Source of the DNA: Candidatus Woesearchaeota archaeon | GTDB lineage: Archaea; Nanobdellota; Nanobdellia; Pacearchaeales; GW2011-AR1 | Assembly (NCBI GenBank): GCA_964438545.1 | Contig: CAYTKV010000001.1 | Span: 1-39,676, forward strand | Direction of reading: 5' to 3' | DNA length: 39,676 bases | Shown here: positions 25,322 through 33,031 of the stretch, one piece after another | Layout: each line of letters starts with the position of its first letter | Position numbering within the stretch: the first letter of the stretch is position 1 | The notes under the pieces: model-generated | The model's database searches: none | Told to the model about the DNA's origin: nothing | What the model saw: the letters and a program-made list of their open reading frames with translations, nothing else | Program-made: the position numbers and the translations under genes

Positions 25322-26113
25322 ATGACAGCAATAATTCTCGCTGCTGGAAAAGGATCGAGATTACAAGAAGTCTTACAAGGAAAGCCAAAACCTCTTTTTG
25401 AAATCGGGGGAAAAAGCTTGCTTGAGCATTCTCTTGATGCATTGCATCTTGCAGGAATACAAGAAACAATAATAGCTATTGGTTTTCAGGCAGATGAGAT
25501 TAAAAAGAAAATTGGTAAGAGTTATAAAAAGATGAAGATCAACTATGGTTTGAATAATATACATAATAATACCGGAAGCATGCATTCCCTGTATATAGCT
25601 TTAGGCAAGCCGCAATCCTGTTTAGTATTAGACGGAGACATCATCTTCCATACAGATGCAATCAAGCGCATTTTACAAGCAGATAAAAAAGACGCGGTTT
25701 TATTGAGAAAGCTGTCAGGCAGCGGTGATGAAGTAAATGTCTTCATGTCCAGTGGGAGGGTTATTTCATTAGGGAAAAATAATCTTAACCACAATTCCCA
25801 TGAAGGAATTATTTCAATTGCTGATTCTCCAGCACAAAATCCAGATTCTAGGCTTGAATTTACTGGAATCTCAAAGTTTTCACAGGCATTTATTGAAAAA
25901 ATGTTTGAGCTCCATGAACAAAACATAAGAGACAGCATATTTAGCGAGCATTGCGAATATTGCGCATGCAGAGCAGGTGCTTACATACCCTGGTATGGCA
26001 TTATAAAAAAAGACCTTCTATGGTGCGAAATTGATACTCCGGCTGATATAAAAAGAGCACAGAATGTTGTTGCTTTAATAAAAAACAAGACAGGGGGGAA
26101 ACATGACGAATGA
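25322..26113 (+). CDS. LicC/MobA-like nucleotidyltransferase (phospho-headgroup or sugar-phosphate cytidylyl/nucleotidyltransferase)
   Basis: MTAIILAAGKGSRL G-rich loop, NNTGSMHSLYIA and CEIDTPADI. The track ORF starts at TTG 25295. ATG 25322 gives the canonical N-terminus. Confidence 0.7.
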   Translation: MTAIILAAGKGSRLQEVLQGKPKPLFEIGGKSLLEHSLDALHLAGIQETIIAIGFQADEIKKKIGKSYKKMKINYGLNNIHNNTGSMHSLYIALGKPQSCLVLDGDIIFHTDAIKRILQADKKDAVLLRKLSGSGDEVNVFMSSGRVISLGKNNLNHNSHEGIISIADSPAQNPDSRLEFTGISKFSQAFIEKMFELHEQNIRDSIFSEHCEYCACRAGAYIPWYGIIKKDLLWCEIDTPADIKRAQNVVALIKNKTGGKHDE

Positions 26114-26876
26114 AAAAGAACTCGTGAAACACCTCAAAGAAGTAAAAAATGTTTTAGATTCCTGCTCCATACCTTTTTGGCTAGAGGATGGTACTCTATT
26201 AGGTGCTGTTCGTGATGGGAGAATGATTCCGTGGGATCGTGATATTGACTTAGGGGCTTTTGCAACTTCATTTCAAAACGAAAATGTAAGAAAAAAAGTT
26301 GCAAGACAACTCGCTAACAAAGGATTTAATGTATATTTTTTTCGTGATAGTATTACTGTATATCGGGATAATTTTCATACGGACATAATCCTACTTAAAC
26401 CAACCTCAGATAAAAGTGGATTTATTGTCCAAAGATTTTTGAGTCAAAATGCAATTGGAAAATTGCTAGTTAAATTACACAAGCTTCAGCTAGCGTCATA
26501 TTATGGTTGGTCAAAATTTAATAGAACAAATAGCATGAGGGACAATGTGAAAGCAAATTTTTTTAGTATTGCGCAAACTCTCCCTTTGAGATTTAGAGCA
26601 TATCTGTACAATGTTGCTTGTTATCTGTTTGCAGGTTTTGAAAAAACCATATTTTTTTCTTTGGTTGTTCCTGCGATACATTTTAAATATCTAAAGAGTA
26701 TTAAATATTGTGGACTCAGGATTAAAATCCCAAATGCTGCAGAAGCCTATTTAGAAAAAAAGTATGGCGATTGGAAGAAGCCACCAAGAGATCCAAAGCG
26801 ATGGAAATGGTATGATGCAGGAGAATGGCCGAATGTTGCTACTATATTAAACCGAAGAAAAATGCCCTATATATAA
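26103..26876 (+). CDS. LicD-family phosphotransferase (transfers a phospho/phosphono headgroup from a CDP/CMP donor to a glycan)
   Basis: FWLEDGTLLGAVRDGRMIPWDRDIDLG is the LicD/fukutin-type signature. It overlaps the upstream nucleotidyltransferase gene by 11 nt. Confidence 0.7.
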   Translation: MTNEKELVKHLKEVKNVLDSCSIPFWLEDGTLLGAVRDGRMIPWDRDIDLGAFATSFQNENVRKKVARQLANKGFNVYFFRDSITVYRDNFHTDIILLKPTSDKSGFIVQRFLSQNAIGKLLVKLHKLQLASYYGWSKFNRTNSMRDNVKANFFSIAQTLPLRFRAYLYNVACYLFAGFEKTIFFSLVVPAIHFKYLKSIKYCGLRIKIPNAAEAYLEKKYGDWKKPPRDPKRWKWYDAGEWPNVATILNRRKMPYI

Positions 26877-26943
26877 CTATTTTGATAAAATTAAAAAGCC
26901 AATAAAGATTTATAATCTAGTAATATGAAGGTAATTTTAAGAT

Positions 26944-27711
26944 ATGAACATGCCAAGCAAAATAGACAGGGCAAGAGAATCTGTAATAAAAAAATATAAA
27001 AAGGATGAGCGATATCACGCTGATGTAAATGATACTAAACAAAGATATTCTTTAAGAAATAAGTTTGGTTTTTATTTTGAGTATAGGAAGTTTCATGAAG
27101 CTATTAAATTATTTAATTATGCTGGTATTGACTTCAAAGATAAACGCATATTAGACATAGGATGCCATAGAGGATTTCAACTTAATTATCTTGCATTTTT
27201 GAAAGGAGAATCAAAGGACCTCCATGGTATCGACTTTATACCTCAGTTTATAGAAACAGCAAAAGCAATCAATCCTGGAATTAATTATAGAAAAATGGAC
27301 GTTTACAAACTTAATTCCAATTTTAAAGACAATTACTTTGATTTTATTAATTTAATCTATTGCTTAAACTGCATCCCGCCTAAAGACAGACCGCAGATTG
27401 CTCAATCCATAACAGACAAATTAAAGAAAGGAGGATATATGCTTGTATTTGATTTGTCAGACAATATACTTATTAGTATGATAAGAAAAGTTGTCAAAAC
27501 AATTAGGGGGCTGGATAATAGATATGTTGAATATGCCAATAATGCCCTTTTACGAAAATATTTTGTAGGCTGCAAAATCGTAAAATCGAAAAACATTATT
27601 AATGTGTTATCTTTTCCTCTAAGTAAATTCTGCTCATACCCGATAATAGAGTTACTTGATTATGTTCTCCCAAATAACTATTATATCGCTTTGTTAAAAA
27701 AGATTAGATAG
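26944..27711 (+). CDS. Class I SAM-dependent methyltransferase
   Basis: ILDIGCHRGFQLNYL motif I and GGYMLVFD post-II region. 255 aa. Confidence 0.6.
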   Translation: MNMPSKIDRARESVIKKYKKDERYHADVNDTKQRYSLRNKFGFYFEYRKFHEAIKLFNYAGIDFKDKRILDIGCHRGFQLNYLAFLKGESKDLHGIDFIPQFIETAKAINPGINYRKMDVYKLNSNFKDNYFDFINLIYCLNCIPPKDRPQIAQSITDKLKKGGYMLVFDLSDNILISMIRKVVKTIRGLDNRYVEYANNALLRKYFVGCKIVKSKNIINVLSFPLSKFCSYPIIELLDYVLPNNYYIALLKKIR

Positions 27712-27740
27712 TGGGGAAGTAATAAAGTCACTTGGAATAA

Positions 27741-28652
27741 TTAACTATACCAGCGCGATAGATTTTTTCCAATAAGTTTCTCTAACTTAATAATATCACT
27801 TTTAAAAATTTTATTAAGTTTAACTTTTTCTTTAGAAGCAAGGTCCGACGAGAAGTTATCTGAACCGACGTTAAAAGCTCTTAGCTTTCCTCCGAAACCA
27901 ACAGGGATAAAGATTTTAATAAACCTTCTTATTTGCAAAGGAAGATGCTGAAAAAAGAATAACAGTTTCGCAATAAAATTGCTCTTTGGTTCACCATGTC
28001 CGATATTAAGAATTGCAAATTCCGGCTGGAATTTTTGAAGTTTTAAAAAAGCAAGTACTTCGTTATATGCTGCTTTGTGGTTTGCTTCAACCTCATCTAA
28101 TATAAGTACTTTAACATTTCTTTTGCCAAAGCAATCTATAAATCTTTTTACTTGAGAATAGTATTTCACTGTTTCTGTATAATAAAAATCCCTTATAATA
28201 GAAAATCCGTACTTTTTTTTTCTTTCTCCTTCTTTTCTTAAAGCGGAAATAAAATCTGGCTCAGTCTCAAGTCCATGTCTTCTCAAATGTCTGTACCAAG
28301 AATACAGCATTTCCATGGGATTTCGCAAAATTATTAGAATCTTTGCATTTGGATTAAAAGCCTTTATATTTTTTGCTGCGTCTCTGGAAAACAAGTAACG
28401 GGGAGATTTTTCTCCTATATATCTTTGTGTTGATGCTTTGCTAAACAAAGAAAGATATTCTCTAATCGCGCGAATTCGATCCTGTTTTCCTTCGATATCT
28501 AAGGCAAAAAAATTTGGTTCTAATTCTGCCATAAAAATATCTGGGTGTTGGCTTAGCCAATTTTTAAGGGATGTGGTTCCAGATCTTGGCGCACCAACGA
28601 TGAAAAGATTTGGCTTTTTGTATGCAGTCATAAATTTATTTAATAAGAACAT
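27741..28652 (-). CDS. PAPS-dependent sulfotransferase
   Basis: 5'-PSB loop FIVGAPRSGTTSL and a 3'-PB-like ILRNPMEMLYSWY. 303 aa. Confidence 0.7.
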   Translation of the reverse strand: MFLLNKFMTAYKKPNLFIVGAPRSGTTSLKNWLSQHPDIFMAELEPNFFALDIEGKQDRIRAIREYLSLFSKASTQRYIGEKSPRYLFSRDAAKNIKAFNPNAKILIILRNPMEMLYSWYRHLRRHGLETEPDFISALRKEGERKKKYGFSIIRDFYYTETVKYYSQVKRFIDCFGKRNVKVLILDEVEANHKAAYNEVLAFLKLQKFQPEFAILNIGHGEPKSNFIAKLLFFFQHLPLQIRRFIKIFIPVGFGGKLRAFNVGSDNFSSDLASKEKVKLNKIFKSDIIKLEKLIGKNLSRWYS

Positions 28653-28887
28653 TTTAAAAATATATTGGTCTTTGGTGCTACACAGCTAGCTTTCCTAGAT
28701 AAAGAATGCAGATATCTATTTTCTTGTTTAATAAAGAGGAAAGTTATCAGTCGAAAATTGTTAGATACATTTTTAATATACAAATGGGAAGAAAAGATAT
28801 TAAAACAATGAAGGGCTTTATTAAAAATAAATGGGGATAGATTTTTATAAAATATGCAAATAAGTCTATTACAAAGTTAAGATGTGA

Positions 28888-29505
28888 GATATAAATGCTA
28901 CAGTAATAGTCGATCTTTCGCCGACAGAAAAGCTTATACTTAAGAATTTACACAAAGATGCGAGATGGGGCATAAAAAAAGCTAAAAAATCCGGATTAAT
29001 TGTAAAAGAAACTAATTTGGACAAAGATTGGAAGGATTTTTACGAGATTTATAAAGAGGTTGCGAGAGAGGGTGGAGCAACTGTGCAAACTTTAGTCTAT
29101 ATTAAAAACAAAACACATGCTCTTCTTGTTTGTAAGAAAGATAACAAATTAATAGGTGGAGCAGCAATTTTTTTTGATTCTGTATATAACATAAACATTC
29201 CGCGTCTTTTAAAAATTGCTTCTTCCGAAAAATATCTAAATTTACAGCCAAATAATCTTCTTTGTTGGGATTGTATACTGTGGGCAAAAAATAATGGATA
29301 TAAAGAATTTGATTTGGGTGGTTGGCAAATAAATGCGCGTGGGCATTTGAAAGGAATAAATAAATTCAAAGAGAAATGGGGCAGTATAGTTTATCACAAA
29401 ACAGAATATCCTTTTTTTAGAGCCATTGGAAGAAAAATTATAAGAAACTCTTTTATTGCAAGGCTGTTATGGTATAAAATAATGGGGCGAAAGATTGATT
29501 TTTAG
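28888..29505 (+). pseudogene. FemAB-family (peptidyl/aminoacyl transferase, GNAT fold) gene, C-terminal half only; probably truncated
   Basis: The frame is open from 28888 (DINATVIVDLSPTEKLILKNLHKDARWGIKKAKKSGLIVKE...) with no ATG before the TTG at 29017. The C-terminal part (FDLGGWQINARGHLKGINKFKEKWG) is FemAB-like. The ~150 aa N-terminal domain is missing, and upstream DNA shows only short broken frames. Confidence 0.45.
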
Positions 29506-29538
29506 ATAATATTTAAATATTAAAGCAAAATTCATTTT

Positions 29539-29588
29539 ATGGGCGGGAGTCCTAGACTTTAAATAAGGTTAATTCCTTTCCCGTCCAT
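29539..29588. repeat. GC-rich 10-bp-stem hairpin (ATGGGCGGGA ... TCCCGTCCAT, ~30 nt loop)
   Basis: The two arms are complementary with one G:U pair. The 3' arm also forms a 10-bp inverted repeat with 30286-30295. Confidence 0.5.
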
Positions 29589-29600
29589 CAACTATAGAAA

Positions 29601-30284
29601 ATGGATTTTAATAAGAAAAATATAGAAACATACAAGACTAGAGAAGCTATAAAGCATTATACAACTAACGAAATAAAACCTATTGAAAAAAAATTAATTG
29701 ACAAATATTTTAAAAGTCCTGTTCTTGATTTGGGCTGTGGAGTTGGCAGAACGACAAAATATCTCTTCGAGAAGGGTTTCAAAGTAATTGGAATTGATAT
29801 AATTGAAGAGATGATCAAAACAGCAAAAAGTCTTTATCCCAAAATTAATTTTCAAACTGGAGATGCATGTAATCTAAAATTCAAAGATAATTCATTTAAC
29901 ACAGTTTTTTTTTCATTTAACGGTTTAGACTATATTTTTCCAAAAGAAAAAAGAGTTCGCGCATTAAAAGAAATAGAAAGATTGCTCAAGAAAGAAGGAA
30001 TATTTGTATTTAGCTCGCACAACCCCTTGGCTCTTTTTCTCAAATTTAGACCTAAATTCATATTTAGAAACCTCAAAAGAGGATCGCTCTTTTCAAGATA
30101 TAAAATAGAGACCCATCTTTTTGGAGAACTTAGTACCTACTATAGTTCACCAAGAAGGCAAATTAAAATCGTTGAAAAAAATACTAATCTTAGATTCATT
30201 GCTTTGTACAGAAAAGATAAGGCTGATTTACATCCACATTACGTCTTTAAAAAAATAATAAAAGATAATATAGGCTATTTATAA
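29601..30284 (+). CDS. Class I SAM-dependent methyltransferase
   Basis: VLDLGCGVGRTTKYL motif I and Methyltransf_11-like FFSFNGLDYI. 227 aa. Confidence 0.7.
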   Translation: MDFNKKNIETYKTREAIKHYTTNEIKPIEKKLIDKYFKSPVLDLGCGVGRTTKYLFEKGFKVIGIDIIEEMIKTAKSLYPKINFQTGDACNLKFKDNSFNTVFFSFNGLDYIFPKEKRVRALKEIERLLKKEGIFVFSSHNPLALFLKFRPKFIFRNLKRGSLFSRYKIETHLFGELSTYYSSPRRQIKIVEKNTNLRFIALYRKDKADLHPHYVFKKIIKDNIGYL

Positions 30285-30285
30285 A

Positions 30286-30295
30286 GACGGGAAAG
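30286..30295. repeat. Right arm (GACGGGAAAG) of a perfect 10-bp inverted repeat with 29576-29585 (CTTTCCCGTC)
   Basis: The arms are exact reverse complements. They begin 16 nt upstream of the ATG and 2 nt after the stop of the methyltransferase gene. Flanking TTAATT-like extensions are also similar. Confidence 0.5.
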
Positions 30296-30343
30296 TTAAT
30301 TGTTGGGAGATGTATATCACCCAAAAAAGGTTATACCTGGATA

Positions 30344-31450
30344 TTAATAAAGGTACCCTTTAACGTAGTATTTTTTCCATCTATAATTTGAAAAATTTTT
30401 TTCTGCATATTTCCTAGCAAGCCCTGATAATTTTTCTCTTTCTTTTTTAGAGTTTTTAAAGAAATTATGAAGTGTCTTCTCAGCTTCTTTCTTATTTAGA
30501 TGAATCTGAAATAAAGCTTGAGAATTTTCCATAAGATCCGTAAATGGTACTACAGTTGGAACACCGCACGATAAAGATTCTTCTGCTGCTAAGCCTAAAC
30601 CTGCTCCTTTTTTGTCATGTAAGGCTATATGTATATCTGAAGCATTATAGTAATCTACTAATTCTTCTGATGTTTTCTTGGGGGAGTATAAAAGATTTTT
30701 TGATTTTAATTTTGGAATATGCTTATCGGTAATTCTGCCGATAATAATAAAGATTATATCTCTATTTAATTTTATTAGTTCAGCTAATATACCTGCGCAT
30801 CTTGCTGTTCTTCCAACGAAAATCGCAATTTTTTTATTCAGCGGCAAGCCGAGTTTTTTTCTTGTTGAGATTTTATTTTTTGGTTTAAATAAATTAGAAT
30901 TTACAGTTACCGGTAGAAACTTTACTTTGTCATTTGATATGAATAATCTTGATAAAAGAGGTTTGTTTTGTGTGTTATATCTTTTGTATATCCCATAATC
31001 ATTAGTAATTATTTTCTCAGCAAAAAAACCAAAAAAATAATAGAAAAATAATTGCCATAGCTCATAAAAATCAAATTTTTTAATAGACTTTTCAGTTGGT
31101 ACCCATCCCATAAGACTCGCGATATATTTTGTTTTGGTGAATAAAGAAGCAAACAAAAATAAGGGAAATGATTTTCTATTGCCTAAATTTACTATTCTGT
31201 CTATCCTATTTTTTATGCAAAATTTTCTAAGAGAAAAAGGTAAACTAAAAGAAAAATTCTCTACTACTATTTTAGTTCTTTTTAGGCCTTCCCACTTATA
31301 TTGATAATTTTCTTTTTCTTTTCCTTCATATCTATTTGTAGTAAAAAGAAAAATCTCAACGTTTTTGGGAAATATTTTTTCATAATATTTGAGTCTATTA
31401 AGCCTATTAAATGCAAATCCTGCGCTGAAAAAGCATATTTTTTTTGTCAT
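30344..31450 (-). CDS. Glycosyltransferase, GT-B fold (GT4-like)
   Basis: 368 aa. The C-terminal half carries LHDKKGAGLGLAAEESLSCGVPTVV (EX7E-like). The N-terminal half is divergent. Confidence 0.55.
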   Translation of the reverse strand: MTKKICFFSAGFAFNRLNRLKYYEKIFPKNVEIFLFTTNRYEGKEKENYQYKWEGLKRTKIVVENFSFSLPFSLRKFCIKNRIDRIVNLGNRKSFPLFLFASLFTKTKYIASLMGWVPTEKSIKKFDFYELWQLFFYYFFGFFAEKIITNDYGIYKRYNTQNKPLLSRLFISNDKVKFLPVTVNSNLFKPKNKISTRKKLGLPLNKKIAIFVGRTARCAGILAELIKLNRDIIFIIIGRITDKHIPKLKSKNLLYSPKKTSEELVDYYNASDIHIALHDKKGAGLGLAAEESLSCGVPTVVPFTDLMENSQALFQIHLNKKEAEKTLHNFFKNSKKEREKLSGLARKYAEKNFSNYRWKKYYVKGYLY

Positions 31451-31471
31451 GAAGATGGCAGAAATGATAGG

Positions 31472-31519
31472 TTTAAATAATTTAGGGTGGCTATTTATAA
31501 ATTGTTAAAATTTATAAAT
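31472..31519. promoter_or_regulatory. Divergent promoter region with two TATA-like boxes (TTATTTAAA on the minus strand; TTTATAAAT on the plus strand)
   Basis: The boxes lie 22 nt from ATG 31450 (minus) and 21 nt from ATG 31540 (plus). Confidence 0.35.
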
Positions 31520-31539
31520 CATAAATCACGGGAATAAAC

Positions 31540-32145
31540 ATGATAACAATAATAAATTACGGTATGGGAAACTTACACTCTGTACTAAAAGCATTTAGAA
31601 GGATAGGAGTTGAAGCAATTGTTTCTTCTAAAGTTGAAGATATAAAAAATGCTGAGAGATTAGTTCTTCCAGGAGTCGGAAATTTTAAAAGAGGAATGGA
31701 AAATTTACACAAATTGAATCTTATTAAATTACTAAACAAAAAAGTTCTAGAAGAAAAAACTCCTATTTTAGGGGTTTGTTTGGGCATGGAATTGTTCACA
31801 AAGTTTAGTGAAGAAGGAAATGCTGTTGGTTTTGGCTGGTTTAATGCAAAAACTATTAAATTAAATTTAGACAAAAAATTAAAAATACCACACATGGGAT
31901 GGAATTCTATAGAAGTTAAGAAATCGTCTCCTTTATTCAGAAATATTGAAAAATACTCTCACTTTTATTTTGTTCACTCCTATTATGTTAATTGTAAAAA
32001 TGAAAAAGATATTTTGGCCACAACTATTTATGGAAAAGAATTTGTTTCTGCTATGAACAAAGATAATATATTTGGAGTGCAATTCCATCCAGAAAAGAGT
32101 CATGAGCAAGGACTTCAAATTTTAAAAAATTTTGTTAATTTGTGA
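31540..32145 (+). CDS. HisH-like glutamine amidotransferase (WbuY/AglY-type, glycan acetamidino module)
   Basis: Motifs ITIINYGMGNLHS, GVCLGMELF (Cys nucleophile) and VQFHPEKS. Followed directly by a HisF-like gene and an N-acetyl sugar amidotransferase. Confidence 0.8.
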   Translation: MITIINYGMGNLHSVLKAFRRIGVEAIVSSKVEDIKNAERLVLPGVGNFKRGMENLHKLNLIKLLNKKVLEEKTPILGVCLGMELFTKFSEEGNAVGFGWFNAKTIKLNLDKKLKIPHMGWNSIEVKKSSPLFRNIEKYSHFYFVHSYYVNCKNEKDILATTIYGKEFVSAMNKDNIFGVQFHPEKSHEQGLQILKNFVNL

Positions 32146-32146
32146 T

Positions 32147-32902
32147 ATGTTTAGACCAAGGATTATCCCATGTTTGCTATTAAAAGAGCTAGGATTAGTT
32201 AAAACTATAAGATTTTCGAATCCGACTTACATCGGCGATCCAATAAATGCTGTCAGAATATTCAATGATTTTAAAGCTGATGAATTGGTTTTCTTGGATA
32301 TAGAAGCATCTAAAAAGAATAAATTAATAGATTTAAATTTTGTAAAAAAAGTCGGTCAAGAGGCTTTCATGCCTTTTGCTGTTGGTGGGGGAATAAAAAA
32401 CGTCAAACAAATAAGGTCGATTTTTAAATGCGGTACAGAAAAAGTAGTGATAAACACCGCAGCAATAGAAAATCCTTATTTAATAAGTAAAGCTTCTGAA
32501 ATATTTGGAAGTCAATCAATAATTGCTTCGATTGATGTGAAAAAAAGTAAAAGGGGTTATGAAGTTTACATATACGGAGGGACAAAAAATACTGCTTTAA
32601 ATCCAATTTTAGTTGCAAAGAAAATGGAAAATTTTGGCGCTGGCGAAATTTTAATTAATTCTATAGAGAAAGACGGCACAATGGAGGGTTACGACTTAGA
32701 ATTAATAAAATTAGTCTCTGAAAATGTAAATATTCCTGTAATTGCCTGCGGTGGCTCTGGCTCATTGGAAGATTTTGTAAAAGCAACAAAGAGCGGAGCT
32801 ACGGCTGTGGCTGCAGGAAGTTTATTTGTCTATAGCGGAAGAAATAGGGGAATTCTAATTAATTATCCTGATAAGAAGGACTTGGAAGAGGTTTTTAGAT
32901 AA
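32147..32902 (+). CDS. HisF-like cyclase-fold subunit (WbuZ/AglZ-type)
   Basis: Motifs RIIPCLLL, AVGGGIKN and ACGGSGS. The likely start is ATG 32147, 1 nt after the upstream TGA. Confidence 0.8.
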   Translation: MFRPRIIPCLLLKELGLVKTIRFSNPTYIGDPINAVRIFNDFKADELVFLDIEASKKNKLIDLNFVKKVGQEAFMPFAVGGGIKNVKQIRSIFKCGTEKVVINTAAIENPYLISKASEIFGSQSIIASIDVKKSKRGYEVYIYGGTKNTALNPILVAKKMENFGAGEILINSIEKDGTMEGYDLELIKLVSENVNIPVIACGGSGSLEDFVKATKSGATAVAAGSLFVYSGRNRGILINYPDKKDLEEVFR

Positions 32903-33031
32903 AATTTATAGTTCTCTCTTCAACATCAGAAATTATCAATTTTTTTGTATTAATATCTGACATTAGATATTTTGGCATTCCAGATCTATTAAAATAGTTA
33001 ACCTTAAATATCGAAATATTTTTCTCGCTAA

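Noticed and set aside
29539-29588. The hairpin after the FemAB-like gene as an intrinsic terminator.
   Set aside because: No T-run follows the stem, the loop is about 30 nt, and the 3' arm is also part of the inverted repeat bracketing the next gene. I reported it as a repeat or structure instead.
31540-32902. HisH/HisF as housekeeping histidine biosynthesis (imidazole glycerol phosphate synthase).
   Set aside because: No other his genes are nearby. The pair is immediately followed by a WbuX/AglX-type N-acetyl sugar amidotransferase and sits in a glycan locus. This is the WbuY/WbuZ (AglY/AglZ) arrangement.
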